Origin: Pseudomonadales bacterium | GTDB taxonomy: Bacteria > Patescibacteriota > Microgenomatia > UBA1400 > PJMF01 | Length of the DNA: 64,000 nucleotides | Reading direction: 5' to 3' | NCBI GenBank assembly: GCA_020632235.1 | Contig: JACKFY010000002.1 | Coordinates: forward strand, 11,550-75,549 | In this document: positions 56,435-64,000 of the stretch, in pieces | Layout of the letters: every line of letters starts with the position of its first letter | Numbering within the stretch: the stretch's first letter is position 1 | Program-made: the position numbers and the translations under genes | The notes under the pieces: model-generated | The model's database searches: none | What the model saw: the letters and a program-made list of their open reading frames with translations, nothing else | What the model was told of the DNA's origin: nothing

Positions 56435-59400
56435 ATGTTTGACGCTCGTACTGACTCGCCAGAAACAACAGAGCAAACCGCTCAAGACAACCAGGGTGGG
56501 CAAAGCATACCCAGGGGGCACGTACTTGTCTCCGACCTCAAGCATCTCAAGACTGGCCTGGCAGGAAATGACTGGCAGCAGCTAGAGAAATTGCTCTTGT
56601 CTATCCTTGGCGCACTTGATGGTGAACACCACCTGCTGCATGACCAAAAAATAACCATTGCTCTTGAGGATGGAATGGGAGAACTGACCACAACCAACGA
56701 GCCGCACTCGGCTTTTGGGCGAGAAGAACAAAAAGTCTGGTTGTTTTTTACCGATGTTCTTAGTATTTCTCTTGACGCGCTCGAGCAGCTAGAGGTGCCT
56801 GGATACTCAGAGAGTGAGGTTGCAGCAAAGCTAAACAGCTTTTCAAACAAAACAGGGGCAGACTCTGGCGTTATAGATGAAGTAGAGCTGGTGGATAATC
56901 AAAACCTGCGCTTTGAGGTATTTGAGATTGTACAAGCTGCCTACGAGGCAGTTTTGGCCCATATCAATGCACAAACGAAACAAGAGCCGCCAGAAAAAGA
57001 AACAGATAAAAGCGAAACAACTTCTGATGATCCAGGGTTAAAAAAGCAACAAAGGGGTGATGCTGTAACTCTTTCTGGGGCAAAAGTACGAAGAAAAGAA
57101 ACAACGGAGGGAGGCGGTGAAACAGGCCAAACCCAACCAGCCCAGCAAACACTACAAGAAGAAAAGCTCTACGGCACGCGCACTGCTGCCCAGGCCTTCC
57201 AGTACCAAGCTGCCTGGCTGCAGGCTGCAGGCATGCATCAGATTGCTACCCAGCTAGGGATTGATATTGACAGCCTGGGGGCAGAACAACAAGCGCTACT
57301 GCGCACTGCGCTACAAAACGCCATAGGCCAGTATCTGAGCGATCCGCGCAACTTGCAAAACCTAAGCGACCTAAAAAATGCCGACATATACCGCCTAGAG
57401 GCATTACGAGAGATAACGAGACTGCTGAATGGACAAAAACTCCAGATTGTCTTGACTAGAGTAGATGAGCAAGGAGTAGAAGCACAAAGCGAGACAAGCG
57501 TTACCCTAGACCAACCCACCACCGTTGACGACACACAACTACTCTCCCAGGCAATACGCCAGCACTTCCCCAATGTAAGTAACCAACAAATTGTCACTAT
57601 TGAGCAAATGCTGCACACACTAGAGGTACTAAACGGCTCTAGCGTTACTATCACCCCCACTATTGTTATTGAGATCTTTGAACAAGCCACCGCCATTCGC
57701 CTCTCTCCAGACGACCCGCGCCTGCTCTCACTCGTTGCTTTTTTCAAGACCTTTGTGGTGATGCAGGTCAAGGAAGCTGCCCTGATCACAGAAAATAAAG
57801 ACACAGAAAGTGGTATTACTATTGCCGGTACTCCCAGAGAAAGCCTAGAGCAACACTACTCACCTCGCACTATCGTATTAGCAGAAACAAGCAAAGATGA
57901 GCCAGAAGTTCTCCCCGCAGAGCAAAGAGAAAATGTGGCTCGCCGGGCTGGCCGGCTGGGGGATCGCCAGTTTTTGAAAGTACAAAAAATGTATGGCCCC
58001 GTGTGGAACAGCTTTACTGCCGAGCAACAAGAAGCTATCGCCGCTTATATCCAAAGCAAAAACCCCCAGTTTACCCCCTACCGAGACCCCATCAGCAAAG
58101 AACTGCTCTTTCCCATCGAGTTTACCTGGCTCTCGGGCAGTGAGTTAAAGCGTGTTGTTGAGAAAAAAACGAGTGGTGGGGTTGTTATTGACTCGGCGCA
58201 GGCAAATAACTCTGTGGCAGAGTTTGAGCGACTGCGGATAGATCCGAAAATCCAAGAGCAACTTGAGGTAATCGAGCTAGAACAGCTCTACTCCCAGGCA
58301 TTGCTTGAACAACTCGATGAGCAGCAAAAGCAAATCTTATTAAACCAGCTGGTACAGGAACAGATCGCCAAGTACCAGGCTCAACTAGAGTACTTTGCGG
58401 CAGTAGAACAGTTGGAGCAGCAGATCTTCATTCAACAAAGACGTGCATATATAGAGCAACAACTAGCACTTCTAGAGGCTGGAGAAGCACAACTAGCAGA
58501 TTTTCAATATGCCCAGATGATGGGTGGGATTGTCTCCCAAGAACGACAACAAGCAGCTTGGGAAGCAGCAAAGGCGGGTGGTGAGCCTATTCCAGAAGGA
58601 ACTACTCCCAGTCGATTTTTCAAACGAGGGCAAACTGCTGGAAGTATAAGAAACACTACTGTCAATAAAGCAACAAAGCGCGCTCAAGATCTAAAAGAGT
58701 TAGCAAAGCTAGCTGCTGCTGCGGGCAGAGTAGCAAGTGGCGACATCAAGGCGCTTGTTGATGTTATTCGCAATAAGCAATTTAGAAAACTTGTGAAATA
58801 CCTCGGCTTAGGAGGCATCGCGGGAGGGGTTATTTCTTATATTCTGGGGGGACTAAAAGCGCTCGCAGGATTTGTGGGTGGTGGAGTTATTGGTGGTACT
58901 GTTGGTGGATTCATTGGCTTTTCAATTGGAGGTCCGCTTGGAATTATACCAGGCATTCTTGTCGGCTCAGCAATCGGAGGGACTATAGGCTCAGCAATTG
59001 GAGGAACTATGGGAGGGTGGCAGGGTGGGTTCACTTCCTCTATCGGCACCACAGAGGGTCTTTCAAATATCCAGGCTGCCACTGGCGGTGTCAGCAACAT
59101 CGTGACAGGAACAGGTGGACAAGCAGCTGGCGCAGGAGGATCTACTCTCACTACCTCAGGTGGAGGTGCGGGAGGATTTGGGACAGCTACAACTACCACA
59201 GCTGCCACTGGTGGTGGAGGCGTTATTGCAAGCGCAACGGGCGCGGCTGCAGCGGCCGCCAGTGCTCTGGGTATTGGCGTACTAGCCCCAGCCATGGGTA
59301 TTGCCATGATTGCTGGTATGTCGCTCTATAACCTTTGGATCATCCAACACTCATTTTTAGCACCCCTACCCCTGGGCACACCTCTCACCGCCCAGCCAAG

Positions 59401-60310
59401 CTACTCCCAGTACATCGAGGTAGAAAAATCGGTCACCCCCAGCGTGCTGGAAAACGGCAGTGCGCCGCCCACCCAGCTGACCTACACCATCACCATTCGC
59501 CCCAGGAGTCTGTACCAGGTAGAGATCATAAGCGCCACCGACACCTTTCAGTTTTTGGGCAAAGACGGGGAAAAAGTAGATCCCGTTATTACAGAGCTAG
59601 ACAGCAACAACCAACACCCAGTCGATTTACAGACGGATTTTGACATCACACCAGCCGAAAAGGTAACTACCACCAAGACAGGCACCTACACCTTTACCAT
59701 CACCAACTCCCCCACCGACGTCATGATCCAGAACACCTTTGAGGTAGACTTTATCGCGTACGACGGCACAGGCGCCCAGGTGGCAACAGACAGCATCACC
59801 GCCACTGCCCAGCTGCCGGTGGGAACGCCAGAGATATTTGGCTGTTGGCCCACGACGGGCTCTATCACCCAGCTACCATACAACCTACGGTCATGGAGTT
59901 CTACCTCCCAGTTCGCGGACGGCCACAGCAGGGTGGCAGAATACAACCACGACGCATTTGACATTGCTAATGGTGCTGGCACACCTATTTATGCGCCATT
60001 TTCAGGAACTGCCTTTACGGGCAATAGTTTTGCAGGGGGGATATGGGGATATGGATACTATGTAGTACTAAAAACCAACAGCAATCAAAGCCTTATGTTT
60101 GCCCACATGACACGACAAGCGTTTTCGGGCACAAAGAGTGTTACAGCAGGAGAAACCATAGGGTTTATGGGCAGTACTGGCAACAGCAGGGGAAGCCATC
60201 TTCACTACGGTATACTAGAGACGACCAGCACTCCTTTTGGGGTCCTTAGAACGCTTGTTCCTGATAGAAGCGCTCCACTTAATACATATGTAACAAGCTG
60301 CTATGACTAA
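56435..60310 (+). CDS. giant protein (1291 aa): coiled-coil N-terminal region, Gly-rich membrane segment, beta-rich region, C-terminal peptidase M23 (LytM) domain
   Basis: C-terminus HDAFDIANGAGTPIYAPFSGTAF...GYGYYVVLKTNSNQSLMFAHMT...GETIGFMGSTGNSRGSHLHYGI (HxxxD ... HxH M23 signature). Central GGIAGGVISYILGGLKALAGFVGGGVIGG... Confidence 0.75.
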   Translation: MFDARTDSPETTEQTAQDNQGGQSIPRGHVLVSDLKHLKTGLAGNDWQQLEKLLLSILGALDGEHHLLHDQKITIALEDGMGELTTTNEPHSAFGREEQKVWLFFTDVLSISLDALEQLEVPGYSESEVAAKLNSFSNKTGADSGVIDEVELVDNQNLRFEVFEIVQAAYEAVLAHINAQTKQEPPEKETDKSETTSDDPGLKKQQRGDAVTLSGAKVRRKETTEGGGETGQTQPAQQTLQEEKLYGTRTAAQAFQYQAAWLQAAGMHQIATQLGIDIDSLGAEQQALLRTALQNAIGQYLSDPRNLQNLSDLKNADIYRLEALREITRLLNGQKLQIVLTRVDEQGVEAQSETSVTLDQPTTVDDTQLLSQAIRQHFPNVSNQQIVTIEQMLHTLEVLNGSSVTITPTIVIEIFEQATAIRLSPDDPRLLSLVAFFKTFVVMQVKEAALITENKDTESGITIAGTPRESLEQHYSPRTIVLAETSKDEPEVLPAEQRENVARRAGRLGDRQFLKVQKMYGPVWNSFTAEQQEAIAAYIQSKNPQFTPYRDPISKELLFPIEFTWLSGSELKRVVEKKTSGGVVIDSAQANNSVAEFERLRIDPKIQEQLEVIELEQLYSQALLEQLDEQQKQILLNQLVQEQIAKYQAQLEYFAAVEQLEQQIFIQQRRAYIEQQLALLEAGEAQLADFQYAQMMGGIVSQERQQAAWEAAKAGGEPIPEGTTPSRFFKRGQTAGSIRNTTVNKATKRAQDLKELAKLAAAAGRVASGDIKALVDVIRNKQFRKLVKYLGLGGIAGGVISYILGGLKALAGFVGGGVIGGTVGGFIGFSIGGPLGIIPGILVGSAIGGTIGSAIGGTMGGWQGGFTSSIGTTEGLSNIQAATGGVSNIVTGTGGQAAGAGGSTLTTSGGGAGGFGTATTTTAATGGGGVIASATGAAAAAASALGIGVLAPAMGIAMIAGMSLYNLWIIQHSFLAPLPLGTPLTAQPSYSQYIEVEKSVTPSVLENGSAPPTQLTYTITIRPRSLYQVEIISATDTFQFLGKDGEKVDPVITELDSNNQHPVDLQTDFDITPAEKVTTTKTGTYTFTITNSPTDVMIQNTFEVDFIAYDGTGAQVATDSITATAQLPVGTPEIFGCWPTTGSITQLPYNLRSWSSTSQFADGHSRVAEYNHDAFDIANGAGTPIYAPFSGTAFTGNSFAGGIWGYGYYVVLKTNSNQSLMFAHMTRQAFSGTKSVTAGETIGFMGSTGNSRGSHLHYGILETTSTPFGVLRTLVPDRSAPLNTYVTSCYD

Positions 60311-61325
60311 TATTAAAAAAGCCACCTTCTCACAAAAAGTGCGCCACTTTATCCAAACGCTCCCTAATTGGCTTAAAGCAATAGTATTATTTGTTTTTTT
60401 TGCTCTTGTGGCATCGTCTATTTTTCAATCTCTTACAACTCAAAGACAATCGGTCGTGCGCGTCTCTGAAGGCCAAGTAAATTACTTGGGTGAAACAACT
60501 ACTTTTGAAGACATAGTATTTGTTGGTACTACTTCGAGCTTAGAAACAACAGGTAGTATCTACTCAACTTCTCTTACAAATCAGGGCGAGCAAATTGCAC
60601 AACGACTTATCGAGCGTTATGCACTACTTCCCTCTCCACACCTTGATGATCTGTGGGTAAATGGCGAAAGTTCACTTTCATACGATGCATTGAGCCAAGA
60701 ATTTCTCTTTATTCCTGGCTTAAGTACATCAGAAAACACCCAGGGCGTGTTTAATACCGCAGCTGCCATCCAGGAGGCACAGCAGTTCTTAACAAACGAT
60801 CTGCAGATACAAAACATAACCCCTCTACAAGAAGGTATTATATATTTTGATAGCGGTTATGAGTTTAACAAAACATCCGAGCTAAAAGCGACAATTGCAC
60901 AAATTCCTTTTGCCCAAACCACAGTAGAAAACAACCCCGTCTTTCAGAATACTGCATACACCCCTCCTTATATCGTGGTTATTGACAAGGACAACACTCT
61001 CTTAAAAGTTGTGTTTTCACCTTATATGTTTAGTGCTAGAGCTGAGCAAGAAGCGGATCTCATTTCTGTCAACACAGCTATAGAAAATATTAACAACAAT
61101 CAAGGGATTCTTATTCAAACAGAGCACAATCCCTTTGAGTACACACCCCTTGACTCCATTAATAGTGGGAGCTTGGATCAAGCGAGTGTTGAGTATAGAC
61201 TAGATACAGACCAATCGCTCATCTACCCCTTCTACCGTTTCACTGGCACGCTCACCAACAACCAAGGGCAGTCATTTGAGGGCACTATCATCACCCCAGC
61301 CGTCGAAACTACTCATCAGCCTTAA
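60303..61325 (+). CDS. membrane-anchored protein (340 aa), candidate VirB8/TcpC-like T4SS component
   Basis: Short cytoplasmic N-terminus, one TM (AIVLFVFFALVASSIF), ~300-aa extracytoplasmic region. Size and topology resemble Gram-positive VirB8 homologs; the assignment rests on synteny and topology only. Confidence 0.35.
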   Translation: MTNIKKATFSQKVRHFIQTLPNWLKAIVLFVFFALVASSIFQSLTTQRQSVVRVSEGQVNYLGETTTFEDIVFVGTTSSLETTGSIYSTSLTNQGEQIAQRLIERYALLPSPHLDDLWVNGESSLSYDALSQEFLFIPGLSTSENTQGVFNTAAAIQEAQQFLTNDLQIQNITPLQEGIIYFDSGYEFNKTSELKATIAQIPFAQTTVENNPVFQNTAYTPPYIVVIDKDNTLLKVVFSPYMFSARAEQEADLISVNTAIENINNNQGILIQTEHNPFEYTPLDSINSGSLDQASVEYRLDTDQSLIYPFYRFTGTLTNNQGQSFEGTIITPAVETTHQP

Positions 61326-61410
61326 ATGACCCTTTTTGGACTATTTTTGTCACCACTGTGTGCTATGGTCTAGTGCTCGCGCTCGTGGTGCGCTATACTT
61401 GCCAGAGAGT

Positions 61411-62613
61411 ATGCGCGAACATCCTATTCCCCAAGACATCACTGGTTATCGCTTTCACATCATCGGCAACATGACGCTCAAGCAGTTTGGCGAGTTGGCA
61501 CTTGGTGTTATTGTGGCTGTTATTGTGTATGCCACCAACTTGCCCATTATTTTAAAGTGGCCACTCATTGCTCTATTTGGCTTGATGGGTGTAGTTGCTG
61601 CATTTGTCCCCATTGCCGAAAGACCTCTCGACCACTGGCTGCTTGCGTTTTTTCGAGCACTCTACAAACCAACCCTCTTTTTTTGGAAAAAATCTCCCAA
61701 CATCCCGCCCTCACTCATCCATAACGCGTCAAAAGAACAAGTGGTAGTAGAGCAAGAACTAGATCTTTCCCCCCACCGCAAACAGCGCATCCGCGAGTAC
61801 ATTCACTCTGTCTCGAGAACAAAAACTATTATTTCTCAAGAAGAAAAACAAGAAAAACAACGAGTTGCGCAGATACTAGAGCAGTTTGAAGTTGGAACTA
61901 CCACCCCGCCACAGGGCGCAGTTGCTACAAAACAAAAACCAACACTAGGAGTGCGCGTGCGCCAAGTGCAGTTTGAGGTAGAAAACCTCAACAACCTTCC
62001 TGTTACCAAACACACAAAACAGGAAAAGGTCGTGTTTGCTCCACCACCCTCTCGGCTCGCAGAAGTACAGCCCCAAAGCGCAGAACAAGAGTTGGCCAAT
62101 GCGGCAAAATCAAAACTTGCGGTTGATCAGGTAGCGCACAAAGTAGAAATTCCTGAAACAACCCTCATCGAGGTAGACAAGTTGCACAACATTGACGAGG
62201 TTGCCGCCCAAGACACCCAAGACAACGCAGCAGCCTACATTGCTACAACACACACACCACAGAATGAAGTGGTGGCGAGCAGCAGCGCCTCGTTTAACAC
62301 CAACCTTCCCTTCCCCACCCTCCCCTCCACCCCCAACACGCCAGTCGGCATGGTGCTTGACGGTCAAAATAACTTGCTCAGCGGCGTTATTGTTGAGATT
62401 CAAACAACAACAGGTGCAGTTGCACGAGCAGTAAAGACCAATAAACTCGGTCAATTTAGTGTTTCAACACCGCTCAAAGATGGTGAGTACGTGCTCTCGG
62501 CAGAAAAGCCAGGGTACGTATTTGCAAAACAATCACTTTCTACCCATAACCAACACCTCCCTCCTATCGAAATCCGCGGCTCTGTTGACCCAAGCCACTC
62601 ACAAACAGTATGA
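61411..62613 (+). CDS. VirB3/TcpE-like two-TM domain protein with a C-terminal carboxypeptidase-regulatory-like beta-sandwich domain
   Basis: N-terminus PIPQDITGYRFHIIGNMTLKQFGELALGVIVAVIVYA...LIALFGLMGVVAAFVPI (TcpE/PrgI-like). C-terminus GMVLDGQNNLLSGVIVEIQTTTGAVARAVKTNKLGQFSV...GEYVLSAEKPGYV. Confidence 0.5.
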   Translation: MREHPIPQDITGYRFHIIGNMTLKQFGELALGVIVAVIVYATNLPIILKWPLIALFGLMGVVAAFVPIAERPLDHWLLAFFRALYKPTLFFWKKSPNIPPSLIHNASKEQVVVEQELDLSPHRKQRIREYIHSVSRTKTIISQEEKQEKQRVAQILEQFEVGTTTPPQGAVATKQKPTLGVRVRQVQFEVENLNNLPVTKHTKQEKVVFAPPPSRLAEVQPQSAEQELANAAKSKLAVDQVAHKVEIPETTLIEVDKLHNIDEVAAQDTQDNAAAYIATTHTPQNEVVASSSASFNTNLPFPTLPSTPNTPVGMVLDGQNNLLSGVIVEIQTTTGAVARAVKTNKLGQFSVSTPLKDGEYVLSAEKPGYVFAKQSLSTHNQHLPPIEIRGSVDPSHSQTV

Positions 62614-62624
62614 TGAAGTAACGC

Positions 62625-64000
62625 CATGCCCACCAACTACACCCAGTCAACCACCCAAGAGTATCTTGATATTTATGACATCACCAACAACCTCGTGGTG
62701 ATGAAAGATGGCTCTACTAGCATGATCTTGACGGTAGATGCCATGAACTTTGGCCTCTTGGCAGAAGAGGAGCAAGACGCAGTGATGTATGCCTACGCAG
62801 GGCTCCTTAACTCACTCAATTACCCTATTCAAGTCATTGTAAAGTCACAGACAAAAGACGTAACCTCATACCTTCAACGTCTCAAAGAACAAGAAATAAA
62901 AGCGAGCTCTCGACTAAACCAAGAGAGAATTGGGCGATACCGAGAGTTTGTGAGCAACCTTATTCGCGAGCGAAATGTGCTTGATAAAAAATTCTATGTT
63001 GTTATTCCTGCCACCGCCATTGAGTTGGGTATTGTGCCCGCAAGCAGTGTGCTGCCTGGCAAACAATCATTTAACGCCGAGAGTGTAGACAAGCCTGTTC
63101 TACTTGAAAAAGCCCAAACAGTACTTGAACCAAAACGAGATCACATTGTTTCTCAGTTTGCCCGGATTGGACTCTACTCTCGGCAGTTAGAAACACAAGA
63201 GATTATCCAGTTGTTTTATGTCAGCTACAACCCAGAAGCGGCAGAAGGTCAACAACTAGGCGAAACACAAAGCTATGCCTCACCACTAGTGAGCACCTTT
63301 TCAGAAGAGGTGGCTGTGCCAGAAGTAGTCCCAGTGTCTGAAGAACCTGTTGGTGAGGTGCCTATAAGTCAGTCTCAGCCAGAGGCTGATCCTGCTTTGG
63401 CGCAAGTGAGTGGTGCGACAGTAAACCCAGATTCTCTCCGTCAGCTGACGGATCGACATGACGAAGCGGAGATCGACATGACAAGTAACAATCAACCCCA
63501 GCCAGAGGCTAATCCGCCTTTGGCGGAAATAACCACTTTAGTAGACAAAAGTACTAATACTCAACCAGAGGTGATGGGTGAAATGAGTACTTCACCACAG
63601 CAAAGTGACGAAAAAATCCCCCCACCCACCATCCCTAAAGCCATTTTCTCTGGTCCTACGTCAGCTCCATCAACTGATGAAGTTCAAACACAGATTTATT
63701 CAGATCTGGCACAAACGAATAACATAATAGTAAACCCAGATTCTCTCCCTCAGCCGATGGATCGAAATGACAAAGTGGAGATCGACACGACAGATGACAA
63801 CCAGACAATAGCCAACAAACATCAGTCGGAGGAGGAGGCCCTAGAAGCCACAAATCAGCCGGAACAAAGCCCTCAGAACGCCCAGGAGGCCCTAAATTCT
63901 CTCGCGGGACAAGTTGTTTCAGCTCCTCCTCAACCACAAATTAATCCTGCTTTAGTGCAAGCACCCAACTCCCAAACGCTCTCTCGTACCTCAGCTGTCT
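62625..64000 (+). CDS. VirB4-like T4SS ATPase N-terminal region (CagE/TrbE/VirB4-type domain) with a repeat-containing low-complexity insertion; ORF runs off the window
   Basis: YDITNNLVVMKDGSTSMILTVDAMNFGLLAEEEQDAVMYAYAGLLNSLNYPIQVIVKSQ matches the VirB4 N-terminal pattern (compare A. tumefaciens VirB4 HIVLLEDGSIMSIARIDGVAFELEE...). The frame stays open for 1376 nt to the window end. Not in the ORF table because it has no stop. Confidence 0.6.

Noticed and set aside
57238-59307. 188-aa and 156-aa ORFs antisense to the M23 giant gene, and a 104-aa sense-overlapping ORF
   Set aside because: Pro/Ala/Gly low-complexity artefacts of the Gly-rich coding region.
62451-62701. 61-aa and 80-aa ORFs at the VirB3-like/VirB4-like gene junction
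   Set aside because: They overlap the ends and starts of better-supported genes in other frames.

Overview
This 64-kb window reads like a small-genome, Gram-positive-type bacterium, most plausibly a CPR/Patescibacteria (Saccharibacteria-like) lineage. The lineage call is inference only. It rests on LPXTG-type sorting signals, a Lys-rich N-terminal extension on ribosomal protein S1, an ORF-bearing insertion in the 23S gene, many toxin-antitoxin genes and tandem pilin arrays.

Order of content:
- Partial 23S rRNA gene (minus strand) carrying a ~290-nt insertion that encodes a GIY-YIG nuclease, with tRNA-Ala(UGC) upstream of it.
- A CBS-domain gene and an ArsB/NhaD-type permease.
- An IS30-family element with a frameshifted transposase.
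- rpsA, pgk, and two tandem paralogous Cys-rich-repeat surface proteins that end in LPQTG sorting signals.
- tRNA-Ile(UAU) followed by two tandem 63-bp repeats that each restart with the tRNA 3' end.
- A MacA/MacB-like tripartite ABC efflux system, a membrane-anchored FtsK/HerA-type ATPase, an MFS transporter, pth, a GH3 (NagZ-like) hydrolase, an ATP-dependent DNA ligase, a Fic protein, recF, and three or four type II toxin-antitoxin pairs (two PIN toxins disrupted).
- From ~37 kb to the window end, a type IV secretion (T4SS)-like locus:
  - a SpoIID/LytB hydrolase gene;
  - a tandem array of 11 VirB2/TrbC-type pilin-like genes;
  - a 1236-aa secreted protein with a C-terminal Rpf/SLT-like transglycosylase domain;
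  - a VirB6-like polytopic membrane protein;
  - a 1291-aa protein with a Gly-rich membrane segment and a C-terminal M23 peptidase domain;
  - a TcpC/VirB8-like candidate;
  - a VirB3/TcpE-like protein;
  - a VirB4-like ATPase that runs off the window.
  No relaxase was found.

A family of composite hairpin-rich intergenic repeats (stem-loops followed by GGGGTGTTTT, GCTGAAAGC loops, a CCGTCAGCTGGCGGATC motif) occurs at eight or more sites. Several sit immediately 5' of T4SS genes, and two copies of one module lie in-frame inside the VirB4-like ORF.
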